Positions 8,361-15,897 of a DNA stretch of 38,153 nucleotides are shown here, one piece after another. The stretch comes from a virus (taxonomy: Duplodnaviria; Caudoviricetes), in IMG/VR virus record IMGVR_UViG_3300023266_000004, positions 1-38,153 of that record; one strand, given 5' to 3'. The position numbers were made by a program, and so were the translations under genes. The notes under the pieces are model-generated. The model saw only the letters and a program-made list of their open reading frames with translations. It had not been told where the DNA came from and made no database searches. Positions within the stretch are counted from its first letter, which is position 1, and each line of letters begins with the position of its first letter.

Positions 8361-9682
8361 GATGCGTTGTCCCTTTCTTCAATGGTGGTGTTGGGAAAGA
8401 TGTTCAGGACGAGGGCCATGTAGTCGACCCCCGGTTTCTCGGGCGGGAACGGCAGGGCGTGGCGCTTCTCCACACCGTTGAGCGCCACCTCTATGGCCTC
8501 GAGCTGCTCGGCCGTGTGGTCGTCGCTCCTGGGTAACGGCGGCACGCCCACCGGCCAGGACGTGCCGAGGTCGACCCGGGCGGCGGGGTGGGCGCCGATG
8601 ACGTCTATGCGCCCCTGCAGCCACGCCCGCACCTCACCCACGAGCTCGGGCGAGGGCAAGGCGGCGGCCCCGGTCGGAGAGGAGGGAGACCTGTCCTCCT
8701 CGGGGCCGCCGCCCACCCGATCGCCGCCCACCACCGGGGCCGTCTCTCCCGGCGGCGGTTGGATGGCGGCGATCGAGGCTTCGAGCTGGGTGGCGAGGTC
8801 GCCCTGATGGTCGGCGAGGCGGGTCGACACCTCGGCCTTGCGCCACCCCCGGGCCCACATGCTGTGCCCGAACGCCCCCCAGCCGGCGGTGAGGTTGACG
8901 ACGTACAGCTCGCACTCACCGGTGCCGGCGTTGAGCCAGCAGATCAGCCCGTGGTCCTGGTCGACCTCGGGCATCGGCGAGCGCACGTCTTCGCTGCCGT
9001 CGGGCGCTGGGCCCTGGCGGTAGAGGGCGTCGCCTCGGCTGTAGCCGGCGAGCTGGACGGCGATGCTCTGCCAGCTGTAGGAGAGGTCGGTACCGGTCTT
9101 GAGGTCGCCGATGAGCGGCAGGGCGAAGCCGGGCACCGAGTACAACCGGTCGAACGTGCCGGCGACCCGGTGGTGGTCGATGACGATGGTCTGCTCGACC
9201 ATGCCGGGCACGACGGTGATGCCGGCCTCGGCGAGCGTGTCGGTGTAGGCCCGCAGGTCGCGCTCGGTCTCGGGTGTCAGGTGCGTGGGCGGCCGGTCGA
9301 GGTCGACGAGGGCGGTGAGCGAATGCAGGGACGTGCCCGTGTCCCGGCGGTCGGTGGCCCCGCCGGCCGTCGCGCACTCCTCCACCAGCGCCTTGCATCG
9401 GGCCTTGCTGGCCTGGCCGTGGTACCACGGGTCCCCGTTGGTCTGGGCGATGTGGGCTTCCCATTGCGTGCGCAGGCCCCGGCGCATGATCACGCCGCAG
9501 ATGGCCAGCGTGGCTTTCCAGTTGGCCAGCCCACCGCCGTCGTCGAGCGCCTTGGCGACCGTGGTCATGCGGGTGTAGCCCACGGGGCTGTCCTCGTCGG
9601 GCGGGAGGATGAGGTACCGGCCCCAGCGGTCCCGGCGCCACTCGTCGGCCGCCGCCGGCAGGGCGGACAGGGGGATGCTCAC
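8357..9682 (-). CDS. PD-(D/E)XK exonuclease (RecE/Cas4-like phage recombination exonuclease)
   Basis: RDRWGRY, YTRMTT, GTSLH, E-x-x-I-V, AGTFDRL, IGDLKTG and QLAGY motifs. Confidence 0.8.
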   Translation of the reverse strand: MSIPLSALPAAADEWRRDRWGRYLILPPDEDSPVGYTRMTTVAKALDDGGGLANWKATLAICGVIMRRGLRTQWEAHIAQTNGDPWYHGQASKARCKALVEECATAGGATDRRDTGTSLHSLTALVDLDRPPTHLTPETERDLRAYTDTLAEAGITVVPGMVEQTIVIDHHRVAGTFDRLYSVPGFALPLIGDLKTGTDLSYSWQSIAVQLAGYSRGDALYRQGPAPDGSEDVRSPMPEVDQDHGLICWLNAGTGECELYVVNLTAGWGAFGHSMWARGWRKAEVSTRLADHQGDLATQLEASIAAIQPPPGETAPVVGGDRVGGGPEEDRSPSSPTGAAALPSPELVGEVRAWLQGRIDVIGAHPAARVDLGTSWPVGVPPLPRSDDHTAEQLEAIEVALNGVEKRHALPFPPEKPGVDYMALVLNIFPNTTIEERDNAS

Positions 9683-10509
9683 GGTGCCTCCTCCTCGCTG
9701 TTGCGAAACTCACAGGACACGCACAAGGGCTCGGCCTCGGCCGGCGGCGGTCGCTGCCGGGAACGCTTCACGCCCCACTCGCAGTAGGTCTTGCCGGCTG
9801 CCCGGCACGTCTCCTCGAGTGCGGTCAGCCGGGCGTCGACGGCGGGATAGAAGAAGCGGATCAGCGCCCGCTCTTCGCGTTCGGGACCCTGGTCGGCCAT
9901 GGCTCCGCACAGGCACTCGCCGCTCATATGGAGATTGGCCGCCACCTCGTTCACGGGCAGCTTGCGGCGACGCCGGTAGTTGGCCATCTCCTCGTTTGCC
10001 CAGAACAGGAGTGGGTTGACCCACACTTGGCCCTTCCGGCGATTGACCGGGTCGCGGTAACCCATTCGTTTGCGTGACTCGGCCTGACGGATGCCGGTCA
10101 GCAGCATGAATCGCTGGCCTCGACGAGTCCGGTGGGAACGCAGGAGCGCCTCGACGCATCGTTCCTTCAGGCGGGAGTAGACGATGTGGTGGACGCCGGG
10201 GCCGGGGAGACCGTCGAGCACGGGCAGGGTCAGCACCAGTTCCTCATACGCGACCGGCGGCGACCACTCCGAGAACGGGAGCCCGTAGGAGGACCCGACT
10301 CGGCGAGCGAAGTCGGTCGTCTCGGGTACACCGATCCCGGTGTTGATGTGCACGACCTCATCGGCGTGAGCGGCGACGGCGTCGAGCAGTACAAGCGAGT
10401 CGTTGCCGCCGCTGAACATGACGAAGGTGCGAACGGGGTCGTGGTCGGCCTTGGCTTGCTCGATGATGGCGGCCGCCTCGGCACGCATCTCCTTCAGCGC
10501 ACGGCTCAC
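9679..10509 (-). CDS. PAPS reductase family (PP-loop) protein
   Basis: PP-loop FSGGNDS, INTG, TGIRQAESRKR, NPLLFW and SGECLCGA. Confidence 0.85.
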   Translation of the reverse strand: MSRALKEMRAEAAAIIEQAKADHDPVRTFVMFSGGNDSLVLLDAVAAHADEVVHINTGIGVPETTDFARRVGSSYGLPFSEWSPPVAYEELVLTLPVLDGLPGPGVHHIVYSRLKERCVEALLRSHRTRRGQRFMLLTGIRQAESRKRMGYRDPVNRRKGQVWVNPLLFWANEEMANYRRRRKLPVNEVAANLHMSGECLCGAMADQGPEREERALIRFFYPAVDARLTALEETCRAAGKTYCEWGVKRSRQRPPPAEAEPLCVSCEFRNSEEEAP

Positions 10510-10874
10510 AGCATCTCCTCACGATGGAGAACCCACCGACACCCGCAGTGGGACCGGTGGTGCGGACAGGCGTGGCCGTCTCGAGTGCTCAGCCGCCAGC
10601 CGTGCACGACCACGAGCCAGCCGGCCTGGCGCAGGGCGAAGAGGGCGTCGATGTGGTCGTCGTCACGCATCTTGTTCAGCCGGGCGGACACGTTGGAGTG
10701 GCTCGTGGTCTGCACGCCGAGCGTGAGCGGGCCCCGCAGAGCGACGAGGTCGACCATGCCGAAGAGGTCCTTGCGCACGCCGCTGTTGGCGCTCGAGGGC
10801 ACCCAGCGCTCGCAGATGTCCACCAGCCAGCCCTCGCTGCGCAGGTGGCGCAACGACAGCTGCGTGGGCGTCAT
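10506..10874 (-). CDS. PD-(D/E)XK-family nuclease, possible Holliday junction resolvase
   Basis: LRSEGWLV...KDLFGMVDLVAL...GVQTT pattern; TGATG overlap at the start. Confidence 0.6.
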   Translation of the reverse strand: MTPTQLSLRHLRSEGWLVDICERWVPSSANSGVRKDLFGMVDLVALRGPLTLGVQTTSHSNVSARLNKMRDDDHIDALFALRQAGWLVVVHGWRLSTRDGHACPHHRSHCGCRWVLHREEML

Positions 10875-11062
10875 CACTGCGGGGACCGCCACTCGAACAT
10901 CTGGCGGACCGAGTCCACCGAGGCGGTGTAGGGCCGGCGCTCGGTCTCGGTGACGAGCTCGACCAACATGATCTGGTCGCCGACCGGGTGGGCGTCGTCG
11001 AACTCGGTCGGCGTGAAGAACACGGCCTGGCCGCTGCAGACCTCGCAGTGGCAGCAGATCAC
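10874..11062 (-). CDS. Small Cys/His-rich (CCHCxxC) hypothetical protein
   Basis: GTG start overlaps the upstream stop; begins VICCHCEVCSG. Confidence 0.55.
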   Translation of the reverse strand: MICCHCEVCSGQAVFFTPTEFDDAHPVGDQIMLVELVTETERRPYTASVDSVRQMFEWRSPQ

Positions 11063-11250
11063 TCGTCCGTCTCCCAGTTGAACAACCGGAGCTGCCGGTG
11101 GGGCGGCTTCACGACGACGAGCTCGGGGGTGTTCACCGCCTCGGTCTCGTTCATCGGCGGGTTGCCGCCGTGGGCGAAGAAGTAGTCGGCGACCCGGTGG
11201 TAGGTCCGGCCGTTGCAGCGGTGGCAGTGGCAGCACAGAGCAGCGGCCAT
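11059..11250 (-). CDS. Small Cys/His-rich (CCHCxxC) hypothetical protein
   Basis: AAGGAGG RBS before ATG 11250; begins MAAALCCHCHRCNG. Confidence 0.6.
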   Translation of the reverse strand: MAAALCCHCHRCNGRTYHRVADYFFAHGGNPPMNETEAVNTPELVVVKPPHRQLRLFNWETDE

Positions 11251-11280
11251 GGCGGCCTCCTTCGGGGTGGAAGTGAGAGA

Positions 11281-11353
11281 ATCCGTGCCCCCGGCTAGGG
11301 ACATGCCACCCGACGGCGGCGCCAGTCACCCCGGGCGGGCCGGGGGCACGGAT
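11281..11353. repeat. Perfect 15-bp inverted repeat enclosing 43 nt
   Basis: ATCCGTGCCCCCGGC (11281-11295) and GCCGGGGGCACGGAT (11339-11353), intergenic. Confidence 0.85.
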
Positions 11354-11355
11354 GA

Positions 11356-11589
11356 TCAGGCGCCTTGTAAAAAGGCGTCGAGCAGGGCCCGGCGGACGTA
11401 CCACCGGGACCCGAGCTTGAAGGCCGGCACGGGGAACCGGTCCTCGGCGATCATGCGACGGACCGTCTTGGGCGTGATGCCCAGAAGAGCGGCCACGTCA
11501 TTTAGCGTGTAAACCAACGGTGACACCTGCGTAATTACGTTAAGCAAAGTGTCGTCTTCGGCGACAGCAGAAGGGGAACGCACCATCAT
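11356..11589 (-). CDS. Excisionase/AlpA-like HTH DNA-binding protein
   Basis: YTLNDVAALLGITPKTVRRMIAEDRFPVPAFKLGSRWYV; first gene after the integrase. Start is uncertain. Confidence 0.85.
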   Translation of the reverse strand: MMVRSPSAVAEDDTLLNVITQVSPLVYTLNDVAALLGITPKTVRRMIAEDRFPVPAFKLGSRWYVRRALLDAFLQGA

Positions 11590-11664
11590 GTAGCCCCCAG
11601 AAATTGGGCCCCAAAGGGTCACCCCGGGCCGCTTAGGGCCGCTTAGGGGCGGTTCGTGACGGTG

Positions 11665-11694
11665 ACCGTACGCAGGTCGTCACCCGAGTGACAA
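11665..11694 (-). promoter_or_regulatory. Putative housekeeping-sigma promoter of the xis/replication operon
   Basis: Minus strand TTGTCA-N18-TACGGT, overlapped by the GTCAC-CCGA-GTGAC palindrome. Confidence 0.6.
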
Positions 11695-11965
11695 CCCCCT
11701 TTTCCCGGTCAATTCTGCTTCCCCTTTACGACAACCGCCCAGCAACCCCACACCAGCATTTACACCTAGCCCTTGATCATTGGCTGAAATACGCGCCCTC
11801 GTAACGACCCGGGCGACCTCCGACGCCCGCCCGTGGGCCTGGATGGCGTTGACCGTCCTGGTACGCCACCGCCATGGCTCCTCCCCGCTCGAGCCCGAAC
11901 AGCGGCCAACAGGACCGCCACGTGACGCCGAGCGTGACGCGACTCGACCGCCCGTCGATCGACGA

Positions 11966-13549
11966 TCAGCCGCCGGCTGTCTTCGAGTTCATCGGCTTGG
12001 GCTTCCGTCGCGCCTTGGCTCGTGCTCGTGCCGCCGACGCCTGGCCGCCGACGACCTGCCCACCGATCGACAGTTCGACCCGTCCCTCGGTGAAGCCGCG
12101 TGTGCCGTCGGCTCGGAACACCCGCACCGACAGCTGAGCGGCCGACATCCACGCCTGTCGTTCGGCCAGCGACGCGTACTCCCAGCCGACGGTGATCGCC
12201 TCGAATGTCATCCCCATGGGGCCGAGCGGGGCGAGTTCGGCTCGCTCCTCGACGATCCTGGCCGCCTCCTGGTTGAGCGCCAGCTCGGCGGCCTGGCCGG
12301 CGGGGATGGACAGCTCCAGGCGTCCGATCGCTCGCCCGACCTCGTGGCGTCGTTCGGTGAGGGCGTCTTCGCGCAGCTTGAGTTCGGCTCGCCGGTCGGC
12401 GTCGGCGTCGCCGGCGGCGAGAAAGGCGAGGAACCGGGGGCTGTCCACCCAGGCGAGGAACTCGTCGGTGACGTACCGCTCGAGTGGCGGGCCGATGAGC
12501 GACGCACCTCCGCATCCGTTCTCGCCTGACGAGCAGATGTAGTGAAAGGTCGGACCGGTCTTGGCGAGCGTGCGGGTCTGGCCGATCAGCGGCGTGTTGC
12601 ACAGCCCGCAGACGGCGAAGCCGCCAGTCAGCAAGTACGCCCGGGATGGGCGCCGTGCCCCGGTGTAGGTGCGCTTGCGGCCGGTCTTGTCGACGACGAC
12701 TCGAGGCTGGGAGAACACCTGCTGGACGGCGTCGAAGGTGACCTCGTCAACGATGGGGTCCCATACGCCTCGGAGACCGGTGCGCTTGCCGTGGCGAGTG
12801 TGGTGGCCAGCGATGACCGGGTTGGTGACGACACGCTTGACATGGTTCGGCTTCCAGGGCCCGCCATTGCGTCGGAGCATCTTTCGCTCGTTCAGGTGCC
12901 TAGCGATGGCGGCCTGATTGTGGCCAGCGAGCACCAGATCGACGATGGCGAGGATGGTGGTCGCCTCGTCAGGCACGATGACGTAGGTAGCGCCGTCGGT
13001 AGTGTCTCGGGGATGGGCGTAGCCGTAGGGACGGCCGCCGTGCGGGCGTCCGGCACGTGCCCGCTGCTCAAGGGTCTCCAACACGCCGAGCTTGGTAGTG
13101 ACGCGGTGATGCACGTTGAACAGGTTCGTCACGTCGCCGGCCATGTCCTCGCCTTCGAGCAGCGAAATCGATCCGGTCTCCCAGGTGGTCAGTGCCTTGA
13201 TGCCGGCGGCGAGGCAGTAGACCTGGAAGCGAGGCCAAACGACCTTGCCTCGAGAGATGCGGGCCTGCACGCGACAGAGAACGTCACCGATCTCGCCTCG
13301 GGCGATGGCTTCGAGCATCGCTTCGTAGCCAGGCCGGTAGGTGTCGTCGTCGGCGGACAGGTCGTCGTCGGTGAAGAGAAGCACGAGCCGGCCGGGCCAT
13401 CGTCGAGCGGCGTCAGCCAGACCGACAGCGGTCTGCACCTCGACCGAGTCCTTAGTGCCGTTGGGGTTCCTCGAAAGCCGGCAATAGAGGGCGACGGCGC
13501 GGTCGTAGCTGATGCGTGCGATCTCTGGAACGTCGACGCCTGAGGCCAT
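11966..13549 (-). CDS. Large serine recombinase (integrase)
   Basis: Catalytic YCRLS, DDDLSA, RPGY; recombinase domain GGRPYGY...IARHLN; zinc ribbon YLLTGGFAVCGLC...YIC...C; coiled coil. Confidence 0.93.
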   Translation of the reverse strand: MASGVDVPEIARISYDRAVALYCRLSRNPNGTKDSVEVQTAVGLADAARRWPGRLVLLFTDDDLSADDDTYRPGYEAMLEAIARGEIGDVLCRVQARISRGKVVWPRFQVYCLAAGIKALTTWETGSISLLEGEDMAGDVTNLFNVHHRVTTKLGVLETLEQRARAGRPHGGRPYGYAHPRDTTDGATYVIVPDEATTILAIVDLVLAGHNQAAIARHLNERKMLRRNGGPWKPNHVKRVVTNPVIAGHHTRHGKRTGLRGVWDPIVDEVTFDAVQQVFSQPRVVVDKTGRKRTYTGARRPSRAYLLTGGFAVCGLCNTPLIGQTRTLAKTGPTFHYICSSGENGCGGASLIGPPLERYVTDEFLAWVDSPRFLAFLAAGDADADRRAELKLREDALTERRHEVGRAIGRLELSIPAGQAAELALNQEAARIVEERAELAPLGPMGMTFEAITVGWEYASLAERQAWMSAAQLSVRVFRADGTRGFTEGRVELSIGGQVVGGQASAARARAKARRKPKPMNSKTAGG

Positions 13550-13555
13550 CCGCTA

Positions 13556-13564
13556 ACACTAACA
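13556..13564 (-). promoter_or_regulatory. Extended -10 promoter for a leaderless integrase mRNA
   Basis: TG-T-TAGTGT followed by 6 nt and then the ATG; no Shine-Dalgarno sequence. Confidence 0.55.
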
Positions 13565-13600
13565 AAAACCCTCCGACTTCGGTCGGGGGATCTTTGTTAG
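13559..13600. terminator. Hairpin, probable (bidirectional) intrinsic terminator upstream of the integrase
   Basis: CCTCCGAC-TTCG-GTCGGGGG stem with outer arms CTAACAAA/TTTGTTAG; followed by TTTTTGTT on the minus strand and TCTTTGTT on the plus strand. Confidence 0.7.
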
Positions 13601-13650
13601 ATACTGTCTACCTGGACTTTCGCGCTACCCACCCGGTTTCCTGCCCTGGC

Positions 13651-13851
13651 TCACCCCACCTGCCGGCGCAGCAGCTTGTGCACGCCGGGGCCGGACAGGT
13701 GGGCCAGCCCGGCGATGGTGTCGAGGGTCTCGCCTTCGGCCCGCAGGGCGACGATGGCGGCGTCCCGGTCGGCCGTCGCTCGAGCCAGCTCGGCCTTGGC
13801 CCGCTCGACCCGGGCGACGGCCCGGGTGAGGGCGGTCTCGGTGACGGCCAT
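13651..13851 (-). CDS. Small HTH protein (66 aa), last gene of the accessory operon
   Basis: N-terminal helix, then RDAAIVALRAEGETLDTIAGLAHLSGPGVHKLL; TGATG coupling to the upstream gene. Confidence 0.8.
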   Translation of the reverse strand: MAVTETALTRAVARVERAKAELARATADRDAAIVALRAEGETLDTIAGLAHLSGPGVHKLLRRQVG

Positions 13852-14225
13852 CAGGTCGCAGCCTCGGCCAGCGCGGTGCGAGCCAGCCCGGCGAGGTCGA
13901 CGTCCACGGCGTCGTGGACGGCCTGCCACGCCTCGTTCCGCTTGGCGTCGTCGCCCCAGCTGCGGTTGATCCTGTCGATCTCAGCGGCGTCGCTCGTGAT
14001 CACGAGTTCGACACCGACGCGCTCGGCGGCGCTGCGGAACGCCGGCGAGGCCAGTTCCACGAAGCGCTCGTTGGCCTCGTGGACGAGGTCCGCCTGGTCG
14101 TCGGTCGCCACGTAGGCGGGGCTCTGCCCGGCTTGCGCGCACTCGGTCAGGATGTCGATGGCGACGGTGTTCATGATGCTCTCCGGTTTCGTGGTGCGGG
14201 TAGGCGTGGCTTCGACGGTGTTCAT
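13851..14225 (-). CDS. Acidic hypothetical protein
   Basis: ATGA-coupled start at 14225, or RBS-led start at 14174; Asp/Glu-rich. Confidence 0.65.
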   Translation of the reverse strand: MNTVEATPTRTTKPESIMNTVAIDILTECAQAGQSPAYVATDDQADLVHEANERFVELASPAFRSAAERVGVELVITSDAAEIDRINRSWGDDAKRNEAWQAVHDAVDVDLAGLARTALAEAAT

Positions 14226-14497
14226 CGGGTCGTCGCCCGAGCCCATGCCCAAGCCGCCGTGGTGACCTCGTCCTCGTCCGGGCTGTAGCCCAGGGCGAGC
14301 AACTGGTCGCGGGTGGCGTCGGCCTCGGCCTCCATCTCCCCGGCGAGGTCGAATGCCCGGTGCTGCTCGTGCTCCAGCTCGAGCTCCTCGGCGCAGGCGG
14401 CGAGCTTGCGGTAGCGGCGGGCGGCGTCCTCGTCGGCGTAGAGGGCATCGAGCAGCTTGCGGGTCTGGCGGGCGGTGGGGTTGCTCTCGTTCTTCAT
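14222..14497 (-). CDS. Acidic helical hypothetical protein (91 aa)
   Basis: ATG lies within promoter repeat copy 1. Confidence 0.7.
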   Translation of the reverse strand: MKNESNPTARQTRKLLDALYADEDAARRYRKLAACAEELELEHEQHRAFDLAGEMEAEADATRDQLLALGYSPDEDEVTTAAWAWARATTR

Positions 14498-14547
14498 GTC
14501 CCTATCTTAACCCGGTTAACAGTATCGGGGTATGGGCCAAGTGGCCC
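14491..14547 (-). promoter_or_regulatory. Promoter/operator repeat, copy 1
   Basis: GGGCCACTTGGCCC palindrome and TTAACCGGGTTAA palindrome overlapping TAAGAT, which sits 6 nt before the ATG. Confidence 0.75.
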
Positions 14548-14554
14548 GAGACGC

Positions 14555-14584
14555 GAAAGAGCCCCGCCGGTAAGGGCGGGGCTC
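14555..14584 (-). terminator. Intrinsic terminator between the two cassettes
   Basis: 10-bp stem GAGCCCCGCC/GGCGGGGCTC with a 6-nt loop, followed by TTTC on the minus strand, just after the stop at 14602. Confidence 0.65.
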
Positions 14585-14601
14585 CGACTCGCTCGCCCTC
14601 C

Positions 14602-14838
14602 TCAGAGGGCGATGATCGCTCGGCAGTTGCCGAGCCAGGTGCGTGCCGAGCGCGGGCAGGCGAGGCGGGCGATCGCGTCGCGTGCGCCGTCCATCTCGTC
14701 CCGCAGCTTGCGGTTGTAGGTGGGGCCGAACGTGAGGCCCTCGGCGTGGTCCTCGATCATCTGGTTGAACTCGGCGGCAGCGTCAGCGACGGCAGCGGCG
14801 GGGCGGGTGATCGGCTGGATTTGCGGGGCGCTCTTCAT
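14602..14838 (-). CDS. Hypothetical protein (78 aa)
   Basis: ATG lies within promoter repeat copy 2; followed by a terminator. Confidence 0.7.
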   Translation of the reverse strand: MKSAPQIQPITRPAAAVADAAAEFNQMIEDHAEGLTFGPTYNRKLRDEMDGARDAIARLACPRSARTWLGNCRAIIAL

Positions 14839-14887
14839 GTCCTTATCTTAACCCGGTTACCGAACCGGGCTATGGGCCAGGTGGCCC
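14832..14887 (-). promoter_or_regulatory. Promoter/operator repeat, copy 2
   Basis: About 50 of 57 positions identical to copy 1 by manual alignment; TAAGAT-N6-ATG. Confidence 0.75.
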
Positions 14888-14891
14888 CACC

Positions 14892-15143
14892 TCAGCCAGT
14901 GAAGAGCGGCGCCGCCCGGACGACGACCGGCGCCGGCGGGTGCTCGTCGGCCGGGCCGACGACGAGCGTCGTGGTCGGACGATGAGTGGTCGTCGTGGTC
15001 GAGCGGCGAACCGTCGTCGTGGTCGTCGGACAGGTGGTCGTTGTCGTGGTCTTCGGCCTGGTCGCCACGGCGGGCGCCGGCACGAGGATGCCAGCAGCGG
15101 CCAGAGCGACGGCCAGGGCCAGTCGGGTGCGGGTGATGTGCAT
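14892..15143 (-). CDS. Small secreted Thr-rich protein ending in P-L-F-T-G
   Basis: GAGGAG RBS; signal peptide (RTRLALAVALAAAGILVPAPAVA); poly-Thr tracts. Confidence 0.7.
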   Translation of the reverse strand: MHITRTRLALAVALAAAGILVPAPAVATRPKTTTTTTCPTTTTTVRRSTTTTTHRPTTTLVVGPADEHPPAPVVVRAAPLFTG

Positions 15144-15169
15144 GCGGGTCTCCTCGGATCGGGGGCGAC

Positions 15170-15454
15170 TCAGGTCGCCCGATTGTGGGGGTACGCAGCG
15201 AAGAAGGCGTCGGCGTCGTTGACGACGAAGAGCTCGGCCCGCCACGACGTCGGCCAGATAGCGAGCACCTGGGCCTCGCCCCGGAGCAGGGCCACCGCTG
15301 CGGCGTGGCGCTCGGGTGCGTAGCGGGGCATGGAGACGACGCCGTCGGCGTCCACGGCCACATACGTCACCAGCCCGCTGTCATACGGAAACCCCCGGTC
15401 CAGCTCGCTCGTCACGGGCAGCCGGGCGAGGTACAACCTGTCCGCCTTCGTCAT
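15170..15454 (-). CDS. Hypothetical protein
   Basis: ATGA-coupled ORF with globular composition. Confidence 0.6.
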   Translation of the reverse strand: MTKADRLYLARLPVTSELDRGFPYDSGLVTYVAVDADGVVSMPRYAPERHAAAVALLRGEAQVLAIWPTSWRAELFVVNDADAFFAAYPHNRAT

Positions 15455-15897
15455 CGTGGCCGCCGGGGACGTAGGTCCGGTAGCGACGACGCCCAGCCAC
15501 CCCCGGCCCCTGGGGTCTTGGCGAGCTCGTCACGGCCGTACTCGAGCGCCGCACGGACCTCATCGAGGACCGACGGGCCCCGGCCCTGGACGTTGCCGTG
15601 CAGGGCCAGATTCATGTGCTGCTCGAACAGCGTGTGCACCTTCTGGACGGACACCTCGATCGCCCTGTGCACCTCGGCACCCCAAGTATCGAGGCCCTCT
15701 TTCATGGCCTCGGCCATGTAGTCGTCGGTCAGGCGGGGGATCTCCTCGCCGCAGCGCTTCATCGCCGCCTCGAGGTCCCGTTCGGCACTACGGGCGATCT
15801 TGATCGCCGAGTGCAGCTCCCGGGTCATCTCCCGAGCCTCTTCCGTCGCCGCCTCCAGCCGCTCGATGACCTGCTCGAGGTCGCTCAGCCCGGTCAC
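15451..15897 (-). CDS. Hypothetical coiled-coil protein
   Basis: GAGGAGG RBS, GTGA overlap, helical heptad-like sequence. Confidence 0.65.
   Translation of the reverse strand: MTGLSDLEQVIERLEAATEEAREMTRELHSAIKIARSAERDLEAAMKRCGEEIPRLTDDYMAEAMKEGLDTWGAEVHRAIEVSVQKVHTLFEQHMNLALHGNVQGRGPSVLDEVRAALEYGRDELAKTPGAGGGWASSLPDLRPRRPR

Noticed and set aside
8357-9682. Cas4-like nuclease as evidence of a CRISPR system
   Set aside because: It lacks an evident four-Cys Fe-S set and any array. Its position beside the SSB-like gene fits a phage recombination exonuclease.
11780-12529. Plus-strand 249-aa ORF as a possible divergent repressor
   Set aside because: It mostly overlaps the integrase antisense, has no HTH pattern and no convincing start signals.
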